Below are positions 54,034-64,000 of a DNA stretch of 64,000 nt, piece after piece (within the stretch, counting starts at the first letter, position 1; every line of letters begins with the position of its first letter). Source of the stretch: Octopus vulgaris (lineage: Eukaryota); contig OX597822.1 in the NCBI GenBank assembly GCA_951406725.2, forward strand, positions 92,318,001 to 92,382,000, written 5' to 3'. The translations under genes were made by a program, and so were the position numbers. The notes below the pieces were generated by a model, which saw only the letters and a list, made by a program, of their open reading frames with translations, was not told the origin of the DNA and did not search any database.

Positions 54034-54618
54034 GAAAAAATGAATAGAAATGGTTTTTTTGAAAAAATGAACAGAAATAGCTTTTCTTATAATTTATCCA
54101 CTTTAATAATTAGATTTTTATATATTTCAACCTGCACCAAACTTCATCCTTTTGTCAGTTTCTCTTCATGCTCTATTTGTTGCACGTAGCTTCTTCTACA
54201 GTTAATAATACTCCTGGTCTCGATATTTCAAAATATTTCAGCTCTAGGCTCTTGTGAGTTACAGTTGATTGAGATGTGTATTTTGAAGAAGTAGTTGTGT
54301 AGTGTTTCCTAAACATGCTCTTCCTGGTCCAAGAGATTACAATCACACACAGCTGACAGGCTTCCATACAGATTGGTGAACATTTAGAATTTAAGACAGG
54401 AGCTGACAAGCTGGGTGTTAGTGATTACATCAAATCTGTTCAGTGATGCCTTACTGTTGTCATTTTTTAATCTTTAATCCTTCCAGTCAGGAAAGTACAA
54501 GTAACATTAAACCATAGCTTGTTTGAAAAAATAAAAATGATATTGTTGTACTTCAGAAAAATTGGATTATTTTTATGTTTCTCTTTAAAAAAATACTCTT
54601 TATTGTTTGTTTTGATAG

Positions 54619-54674
54619 ACGTTTAAGTTTGAGGCCAACACCTGAAGAACTTGAGCAAAGAAATATTTTACACA
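54619..54674 (+). CDS. PHACTR: PHACTR exon encoding the RPEL3 core (56 nt, phase 2 to 1)
   Basis: Acceptor tttgatAG at 54617-54618 and donor GTaagt at 54675. Translates (R)RLSLRPTPEELEQRNILH, a canonical RPxxxEL motif. Confidence 0.95.
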
Positions 54675-55896
54675 GTAAGTACTTGGTTTTACACTTCATT
54701 ATACCCTTTGCTCATTTTTAAAAGTTCTATATCATCTTTTGTTTTGTGTGATTTGGTTGGACTGTTTCACCATTAACATTACCTTTATCTTCATATTTTA
54801 TATGCAGTCTTCCCATGGTGACCATCCTTTCTGATTAGAAGTTGATTGTGATTGTATTTCTTGTTAGCATATCTGAAAGTTGTAAAAAGTCCTGTCTATT
54901 TAGTCAGTGATATCGATGTCTGGCATGAGATTGGATTGATTCCTGTACAGTCTGATTAATTAAACAGTGCTATCATACTTTGGTCATGTTATCACATTAT
55001 TTGTTTTTACCTCAACAGATAGGGTCTCCTCCAGATTTTTAAGGTGTTTAGGCTGGAGTACAAGAATCCACTCCCACGACCCCAAATGAGATGCCAGTCT
55101 GTTGCAAGGTTGAAACCCTGCTACCCCAAGTGCCACTGGTACTTGTTTTCAGCTGAATGTGCTGGAACAATGTGAAATAAAGTACCTTATTGAGAAAACG
55201 ATACTTTTTTCACTATAATCATGTGCCAAAAACAAACTTATAGTGTTTCCAGACTTCTTAAGATGTAGCTCCATTAACTGTTGTTGTTTCTCTTGTTGTT
55301 GAAGTAGTTGTTTCTACAACTCCTGTTGCTGATTTTGCAAATGTATTATGGAAGCTAATAAGTCTTCCATCATTAACAACTTTGTATCACAAAAATTTGT
55401 TAACTGACCTGCGTGAGCTTCGAATCCTTATCGCCAATTGTTATAATGATACTTGTTTACATTATAATCATGTAGTAACAATAAACATATAATGAAGCAG
55501 GCTAACAACAACATAACAATCCAATAAACTCTCCACAAACTACCAAAATAACACCTTACAACTTCCTGTGATTAATACCTACTTAATAGTCAAACTGTGT
55601 GCCACCCCTTCCACAGAGTTCTCCAAGAATATTATTAAATTTATTGTAAAGCTCTAAATTTAGAGAAGATTCAGTTTTATACCCTACACCAATGTATCAA
55701 AACTAAGCCCCTTACAGATAATGGATCACAATATAACCATGTCTGAAATGCTTGCAATAGCTGTAATTTCATTTGTAGGGCTGGGTTTTGTATCAGGACA
55801 CCAGATATGTTGGATTTTCTCCATTTTGATGGAGATTTTTCCCTTTTTTTTCCCCCAGAGCCTTGCAAATAGTTTTTTTACCTACCTTCTCTGCCC

Positions 55897-56198
55897 CAAA
55901 CTGATTTAGGCCAATTTTGGGGGCACTAGGCACTTAAAAACCAATGGGAGATGCCTTTATGGTAGGAAAAAACAAATATGAATTGAAATGAAAGTATGTG
56001 ATTTAAGGGAGATTTAGCTACTGTTTCTAGCACATCCTTTGATGACCTGGTAATGAACAAGAAATAGCAGCTAAATCTCCCTTAAATTACATACCTTTTC
56101 ACCTCAAAAATATTTTCATAATTTTTTTTCCTACTCTAACAGCTTCACCCAGTGATTTTGAAGCACCTAGTGCCAAAAAATAGGCCTAAATCAGTCTG
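55897..56198. repeat. Imperfect inverted repeat (fold-back) in the intron after the RPEL3 exon
   Basis: ctgatttaggcc...ggcactagg pairs with cctagtgcc...ggcctaaatcag, and tttaagggagatttagct pairs with agctaaatctcccttaaa. Confidence 0.8.
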
Positions 56199-56718
56199 GA
56201 GGATGGGAGGGGGGAAATAAAATCACAAAACTTCCCAAATTTTTCCTCGTAAGACTTACCTCCCATCGTTTCCAATGCCATAATGAGAAAAAAAATTCAA
56301 CTTATGTTGTCTAACTACTTAAACTGCATGCTCTCTACTACAATCAGGTTTTACTCACTGACTCACTTCTTCATATCAACATTTGACTTTTGTTCTTTGT
56401 GTGTCTTTATATTTGAAACAGTACTTGGCCTGGTGGTTAGAGATTTAGACTCTTCTTCATAACATTGTGGTTTTGATTCCTAGTTTGGGAGGAACAGTGT
56501 GTAACACTTTATTTCATGTTGCTCCAGTTTACTCGGCTGGCAAAATGAATTTAAGGCTAACAGAGCGTCATGGCTAGTGCAGCAGTGGCACATTCAAGAA
56601 TGAAGAGAGTTGTTGTGTCCAGTTGTGGGCATTCAGTGGTAAACTACTATGGCCTACACTTAGTTGTGGAGTTCTCTATCCTATCTTTATCCTCTTTTTT
56701 TTTTTCTATCTCTTAAAG

Positions 56719-56780
56719 ATAAATCAGCAGAAGAAGCTAAACAAGAAAAGGAAGAAAAGAAACGATACCTCATTCGGAAG
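56719..56780 (+). CDS. PHACTR: PHACTR exon, RPEL3-RPEL4 linker (62 nt, phase 1 to 0)
   Basis: Acceptor tcttaaAG at 56717-56718 and donor GTaagt at 56781. Reads (N)KSAEEAKQEKEEKKRYLIRK. Confidence 0.92.
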
Positions 56781-56883
56781 GTAAGTTCTCTCACCATACT
56801 CTCTCTTCTCTCTCTCTCTCTTTCTCTCTCATTTTGTATGCTCTTCAGTCTTTGATTGCATGTGTGTGTCATGTCCCTTCTTA

Positions 56884-57476
56884 TTTCCATTTAAGCATCA
56901 AAAAAATTTCCATTTCATTCACATGAATGAAATATTTTTGAACAATCCTCAGAAAGATTCTTTCTCCACCACCACTCACAACATTTGTCCAAAATTATGT
57001 TTTATATTGGTTCACTACATGCATAGTGTTTTGTCTATACTGTGATTCCAAGCAGTCAGTCTCACAGAACCATGTCCACCTTGTTCTCTGCATTTGTCTA
57101 AAACTTTGTCGTTTCTTACCCCTTCATCCTACAACACATTTATTTAGTCTTTTCAACACTTTACAACAAGACAGTTCTTCATCAACACGGACAGCTATGG
57201 CCTCAATTCACCAGTATTTCTAAAGAGCGTCCTTGTTGCCATGGTGATGCTGTGGTTGAAAGAACAAGGGGAAAGAAGTGATAAAGTTTTAGACAAACGC
57301 AGAGATCAAGGTGAACATGGTTCTGTGTGACTGGCTTCTTAGAATCATAATATAAAGACACAGCACTACATATATAGTGAGCCAATATAAAACATAATTT
57401 TGAATAAATGGGGATTGTTCAAAAATATTTCATTCATGTAAATGAAATAGAAATTTTCTTGATGTTTAAATGAAAA
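56884..57476. repeat. About 600-bp imperfect fold-back filling most of the 989-nt intron before the RPEL4 exon
   Basis: acatgaatgaaatatttttgaacaatcc / ggattgttcaaaaatatttcattcatgt, aaaattatgttttatattgg / ccaatataaaacataatttt, and cacagaaccatgt / acatggttctgtg. Confidence 0.88.
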
Positions 57477-57769
57477 GGAATATGATGGGTAGTCTGGAAT
57501 TAACAAGATACAATTTAATTAATCCACTTTACTCTTTATACATGTTAATATAGATACGCACATTGATATTCTTCAATGAAATTATTGTAAATCTGTTAAA
57601 CAAATTTCTGTTGGGAAATTAAATCACTGCAATTTGACTTGAGAATATGAGTTCCTTACTTTACAACTGACATGTTAAAGGGTGGGTGTGTAATGGTACG
57701 CAACATATCAGGCTCATTATAAATGAGCTGTCTGTAGATATTTCACATATTGCACATTCTTTATTCCAG

Positions 57770-57907
57770 CTAAGTTTCCGACCTAGCATAGATGAATTAA
57801 AGGAGAGAAAAATTATAAAATTTAATGACTATGTGGAGGTGACTGAAGCTCAAGATTATGACCGGCGGGCTGACAAACCTTGGACCCGGTTGACCCCGAA
57901 GGATAAG
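57770..57907 (+). CDS. PHACTR: PHACTR exon, RPEL4 and start of the PP1-binding domain (138 nt, phase 0 to 0)
   Basis: Acceptor ttattccAG at 57768-57769 and donor GTaaag at 57908. Reads [46 protein letters not shown], the hallmark PHACTR C-terminus. Confidence 0.97.
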
Positions 57908-58055
57908 GTAAAGTAATGCTAGTTTTTCAACTAAATATCACCAGCCTTTTGTGCTGATTGTAGCAATATACTAACATCATGCCCAACCTTGTAAAATCAT
58001 TATATTTACATTCATTTCTGTAGTGGCTACATTTTATTGAGAAATTTCTTTTTAA

Positions 58056-58086
<31 letters not shown>

Positions 58087-58087
58087 T

Positions 58088-58410
58088 GAAGGCGCATTGC
58101 TCAGTGATTAGAGCGTCAATCTTACGACCGTGAGGTTGTTAGTTCAAATCCCAGACCGGGCTGCATGTTGTGTTCTTGATTGAGCAAGACACTTTATTTC
58201 ACGTTGCTCCAGTTCACTCAGCTGTAGAAATGAGTTGTGACATCACTGGTGCCAAGCTGTATCGGCCTTTTCATTTTCCTTGGATAACATCAGGGGTGTG
58301 GAGAGGGGGAGACTGCTGGCCTTCCACAAACAACCTTGCCCAGACTTGTGCCTCGGAAGGTAACTTTCTAGGTGCAATCCCATGGTCATTCATGACCAAA
58401 GGGGGTCTCT
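58088..58410 (+). mobile_element. tRNA-derived SINE
   Basis: ggcgcattgctcagtgattagagcgtc...agttcaaatccc tRNA-like head plus the gagcaagacactttatttcacgttgctccagttcactcagctg core. Related decayed copies at about 41870-41970 and 56420-56550. Confidence 0.8.
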
Positions 58411-59676
58411 GATATACACACACATCATCGTCATCATTGTCTTAATGTCTCCATTTCCATGATCACATAGGTCAGACAGACTTTGTTGAAGCATATTTTT
58501 CTACAGGCAAAAGCCCTTCCTCTCACCAACTCTCACTTGTTTTCATGGAAGATCAGAACTGAATGACAGTGACACTTGTTTACAATTATCGAGACAAGGA
58601 AACAATAACAAACACACGTACACATTCGTGTGTGTGTGTGTGTGAGACAAACTTCTTTCATTTTCCATGAAGCAAATCTATTGACAAGGCATTGGTCAGT
58701 CCAGAGCTATAGTAAAAAAACACTTACTCAAGGTGCCATGTAGCAGAAGTGAACATGAAGCCATGAGGTTGGGAAGCAAACTTCTTACCACGCAGCCATG
58801 CCAATGCCCAATATATATGTATGTATGCATGACTTCAAACTGAATCTGGTAGTTGGGCCCTATTTTAGTATCTTCAGGGTTTTGAGGAGTGTGAGACCAC
58901 TTCTTAACCACTATTGTTTCCAGTTCTCTCTGAGGGTCCCAACTATAGGTTAATTAACATGTCATGGAATTGCCTTCTAAAGGTCACTCACCAGACCTAG
59001 GGCAGATGATGCTCTCTAGCACTTTTTGTTGTTTATCTAAGTCAAGATAACTCTATACAAATCCTGCATTCTGGTAACTACTGGCCACATAACACTGTTA
59101 AACCTGACCTGTACAAGTTTGAAGGACAAGAGAATGGGATTGGCCTTGTACAAACCTTACCCACTTGTACAATTTTTTCTGTTAATGGCAATAGGGAAAG
59201 AGGTGATAGAGACAGGTAGAGGATGCTACTGGAAGTCTTCAGCTCTGACCCTGCAGCCAGGTAGCCAAAGGGTGATGATTGTTTTCTACTGACCTGTAGC
59301 CAATGTAGATTTTGTATCTCAGTTATGTCTTTCTGAACTTTCATTCATCAAAGTAACAAGAGAAACCACTATTTCATTGTGTAAAAAGAGACTGATACGT
59401 CGCTGTTAGACTGTTCTTAAATAGTCTGCCTTGATTATTGGGTAACTAATGAATTATAAAAAATAAAACTTAATTTGACAAAGAGCAAGAAGACAGTTGT
59501 CTTTGAAAACAATAGATATATGAGTTTTGTCTCTTTTGAGAACCAATTGCTCTCTTTCTGTCACAAATTAGTGTTTATATCATTTGTATGAATTCTTGTA
59601 TGATCTCTCCGTAAAACACTTATATGCACAAGATCCTTCTTTTTTAGTGACAGTATTTGGTTTTGTTTGTTTTCAG

Positions 59677-59753
59677 GCTGCCATCCGAAAGGAATTAAAT
59701 GAATACAAAAGTAAAGAAATGGAAGTCCACGAAGATAGTCGACATTTAACAAG
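59677..59753 (+). CDS. PHACTR: PHACTR exon, PP1-binding tail (77 nt, phase 0 to 2)
   Basis: Acceptor ttgttttcAG at 59675-59676 and donor GTaatt at 59754. Reads [25 protein letters not shown](R). The final FHRP-type exon was not found in the window. Confidence 0.96.
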
Positions 59754-60329
59754 GTAATTAGTTAGATCAGCTAATTTCAGAATATTTCTTCTTGACTTCT
59801 CTATAGTCTACCTTTTTCTAAGCCTTATCCCCTATCCAGTAACATCCCATTATTCTACGAGTTAAATATCTACAAAGCTTTGTTATATGCTTCATGATTT
59901 CTCCTTTGTCATTGTGAAGTTGTGAACCAGTGAAGTACCAAACAAGTTGAATCAGTCAAATTGTAAATTCATGTTCCTAATCATAAAGTATATAACAGTA
60001 TTCCATCTGTAAATATCAAAATTATCTTGGGTAACAGACTTAATTAAGAGAGCTACAATGAACATTTTGATCTCTTTAGTAGAAATTCACATCACTGGAG
60101 AGAAATGAACCATGATGTTGCAATGTGCTGCAGCAGGATACAGCACATCATGTTACCAAGGGAGCCCTTGGTGCAAATATTAGCAGTAGAGTGAATACTA
60201 AGAACACCCATAGACCAATAGTAATGACGTCAACCCATCAAAATTTTAAGTTTTGTTAAGTTTTTCTTAATTCAGGGACATTTAAAAGCTTTCTTCAACA
60301 AAGAAGGTTTACCAGTCAAGTTGTACTGG

Positions 60330-62665
60330 CATTAGCCACACTCAAATGGTGCTTTTTGCGTGCCACCTGCATGGATGCCAATCAGGCGGTAGTAGCATCA
60401 GCCATGTTTGAATGGTGTTTTTTTCTGCACCACCGGCATAGGTGCCAGTCAGGCAGCACTGACATCTGCCACGACTACGATTTTACTCGGTTCAACATAT
60501 CTACACAAGCATGGCATATCGCCCAACGATTGAAGGCTGCTTTTAAATGGGCCAGTTATGCGACACTAGCATCGGATACGACTACGATTTTACTTGGCTT
60601 GCTGGGTCTTCTCAAGTACAGCATATCTCCAAAGGTCTCGGTTGCTTGTCATTGCATCTATGAGGCCCAACGTTCAAAGGCTGTGCTTCACCACCTCATC
60701 CCATGTCTTCCTGGGTCTACTTCTTCCACAGGTTCCTCCACTTTTAGGGTGTGACACTTCTTCATACAGCTGTCCTCATCCATACACATCACATGACCAT
60801 ATCAGCACAATCATCTCTCCTGCACACCACATTTGATGCTCCTCTTTTCTCTCAGGGTGCTTACACTTTGTTATGCATGCACACTGACATTACTCATCCA
60901 GCGGAGCAGACTAACTTTATTTCTTTCAAGCCTTGTGCATGTCCTCAGCCCATGTTTCATTGCTATGTAACATGGCTGTTCGCACACAGGCATCATACAG
61001 TCTACTTTTGTCTCTGAACTTTGTCCAGGTTATTCTTATTCTATCAACTACTTCTAGTTTTTTCTCCTAGTATGTGATGGAATCCGTTTTCTGTACATTT
61101 TCAGTGTTTATTGCACCTGTGCATCTTCCACACACAAAAACTATCTTCCCAGTTAACCTTCCTTTGATATTGCTGCACCTCTTATGTGTCCATAGCTTAT
61201 ACTGGGTACATCTTATGGAGTTTCTACCTACGCCTTTTCTACAGATCAAGCAAGGTCATCTACCTGAAGGGATCTGTGATTTGACTGCCTTCCTACTTAC
61301 TAAGACTTTGGTTTTTGCTAGTTTAACTCTGAGGCCCTTCGATTTTAGACCTCGCTTCCACGCCTGAAACTTCTTCTCTAGTTCTGGTAGTGACTCAGCG
61401 ATTAGAGCAAGATCATCAGCATAGAGGAGCTCCCAAGGGCAGCCTGTCTTAAATTCCTCTGTTATTGCCAGGAGGTCTATGATGAACAAGAGGTGGGTGA
61501 GCACCAAACCTTGGTGAACTCCTACCCGGAATTCTTTACTATAGTTGTTGCCAATCCTCACCTTATTGATAGCATTCCTGTACAGCTCTCACCAACTACA
61601 CCTCTATTCCTAGTTTCTGAATTGACTACTAGATAAGGGATCAGGGTACCCTGTCAACAAAAGCCAAGCACAGAGGTTTACCTTTAGCTAGGGATTTCTC
61701 CTGCAGCTGTTTTACCAGAAATATAGCATCAGTGGTACTTCTCCCTGACACAAACCCAAACTGCATATCATCTTAACTAATTCTCTACCTAATTAGTTGG
61801 GCTATGACTTTTATCACATGATCCAACAATTTGATACCTCTGCAATTATTTCTGTCTAAAGCCTCACCTTTACCTCTGTAGCAGTTGACTATGGTACTGC
61901 TACACCAGTCATTGGGTTTGACTCCTTCATGTATCACCTGGTTAACTATATGGGTGACTACCCTACACCACCAGATATTTTAAGCATCTCAGTGGTGATT
62001 CCTGAATGGGCTGGGGGCTTACTTGTCTTCATACCCTTAATTGTTTTATCTACTAAGGTACTGTTGATTTGGATTGCTAGTCCCTTTGTTGTCTCCCATA
62101 CATTCTCTTTATTTAGCAAACTTTCATGATAGTGTCTCCAAGTCTCTCTCTTTGCAGCACCATTAAATGCAAGTGAGCCACCATCCATATTTCTCTCCTA
62201 TGACATTGCAATTTGAAACATTTTAAGTCTCTGGTCCTCGTGACGCAGAACATTGGCAAATGTCTTCTTATCCGCTTCCCCTCTGGCTAAGTAAGCTTGT
62301 CTCCTGGCTTCCCTTCTAGCTATCTGATACAGTTTCCTGCTATCACCACACTTCCATGCCTGTTTCTTTTCTTTAATGGCCCTGACAACTATATTGTTCC
62401 ACTACCATGTCACCTTAGGTCAAGAGGGGACTTTTCACCAGCCATAGATCTGGTCAGTAGCCCTCAGCAAATTGTCCTGTAGGAACCTCCAGTTGTCCTC
62501 CACATTATGTGATGCTATATCTGCCACTTTTTTGTTAGAAGCTTGACATAATGTCTCTAAATCTCTGTCCATTCTGAGGATCCTTAAGCTTGCAGGCCCT
62601 TCTTTCCCACACTGGTCATCTTCTGGGCAGCCATTTATCCCTGATCCTGAAGTCACTAACTACTA
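60330..62665 (-). mobile_element. Decayed RTE-clade LINE (about 2.3 kb)
   Basis: VGVHQGLVLTHLLFII...TGCPWELLYADDLALIAES and CRKGVGRNSIRCTQYKLWTHKRCS. Same family as 684-2180, in the opposite orientation. Confidence 0.9.
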
Positions 62666-63105
62666 ACCTATGATCTGAACCTCGTGTTGCAGTACATGTG
62701 TGAATTTCTTCCTTTCCACCTCACCTTTTGCCTAGTATGCTTGTCACCTAGATGCCCTTTTGGCTAAAAGGGCATCTCTCCCTACTACTCACTACCTTCC
62801 CCAGATTTTCCAAGCCTGTCACTTATCCTTTACTGCCCTGTCAACCATATCATTCCACCACCATGTTATCTTGCTCAGATTCACATCTGTTCTATAGCTT
62901 TAACAAGATTATTTTGTAGAAATTGTCAGTTTTCATCTCAGATATGAGTATCTACCTCTCTCTCTACAGTTCACATGCATCATTTATGGTTTCTCTAAAC
63001 CTAAAAGATCCTGGAATTGGGAACTACAAGATCTTTTAGTTTCCATATTATCTACTGTTTCTGTGCCTATATGTTTCTGTCACTATATGTGTGTGTATAT
63101 ATATA

Positions 63106-63309
63106 CTTTATTTAAAGCAGCAGAAAATTCAACAAAATCTGTTACTCTAAGTTTCTCGTTGCCGTTCATCGGATGAACGGCAACAAGAAACTCAGAGTAA
63201 CAGATTTTGTTGAATTTTCTGCTGCTTTAAATAAAGCATATTACTCTACCACTGGTATTTGAGTACTCTTTTTTTCCACCTTGTTTCACATTTATGTGTT
63301 TACTCCGGT

Positions 63310-63310
<1 letters not shown>
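63106..63310. mobile_element. Near-perfect 131-bp palindrome plus tail, inserted at a (TA)n tract
   Basis: Arms 63106-63170 and 63172-63236 differ at only 2 positions. Core gatgaacggcaac.agaaact. Same family as 13287-13475. Confidence 0.85.
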
Positions 63311-63498
<188 letters not shown>

Positions 63499-64000
63499 GT
63501 CCTGGTAGGGTATAAAGTCAGTGTATTTCCAATGAAGCACTCAACCCGAGTTCCGGGCTATCAAATGCTGTTAGATTTCAGGCTAATTCTTCAAGTATAG
63601 AACATCCTGGTTACATGACAGTAAAACTGTTGCATGGGTTCAGCAATGAGTAAAATATAATCCAAATAAGAGAAGGAAATAACTTTAACACATCTTTAAT
63701 GACCAGTTACAATTGTTTCTGTACCAACTCTGCTGACACCATTAGTTGAAAATTTACATAATATTTGCAGTTTTAGACATTAGTGGCATTTCATCAGACT
63801 TGCATTAAAAGTCTGCCCTTACACTGTGCATCTTCCAGATATTGTTTTTGCTTATATCGGGAGGAAACAAAAAAATGTAAATAAAAGTATGGTTAGAGAG
63901 TTGAATATTTAGTATAGGGAGCATGTGAAAAAAAAAAAAGATGTAGAGGAAGAAGAAAGGCAACAAGGACATGATTACGACAAATATGAAAGTGAGAAGG

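Overview
Eukaryotic (animal) genomic DNA. It is AT-rich and dense in (TA)n/(CA)n microsatellites, tRNA-derived SINEs and decayed transposons, and the repeat complement strongly resembles an octopus/coleoid genome (inference). The window is almost entirely the body of one + strand spliced gene, a PHACTR (phosphatase and actin regulator) orthologue. Nine phase-compatible GT-AG coding exons can be joined from 5367 to 59753. They encode a low-complexity middle region, three C-terminal RPEL G-actin-binding repeats and the PP1-binding tail. The 5' exons and the last exon were not found in the window. The introns carry RTE, RTE-X, R4/Dong, Hero and CR1 LINE fragments, Penelope-like (GIY-YIG) elements, Tc1/mariner, Chapaev3 and Helitron elements, and piggyBac-type MITEs. 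Highlights: (1) a ~270-nt intronic hairpin whose transition-type differences are all G-U wobbles on the sense strand; (2) a candidate alternative first exon in the 21.8-kb intron that splices in frame to the RPEL3 exon; (3) minimal hammerhead-ribozyme motifs in small TA-repeat-associated elements; (4) a cluster of long fold-back elements around the RPEL exons. No prokaryotic systems (CRISPR etc.) are present, and most ORFs in the supplied track are spurious.
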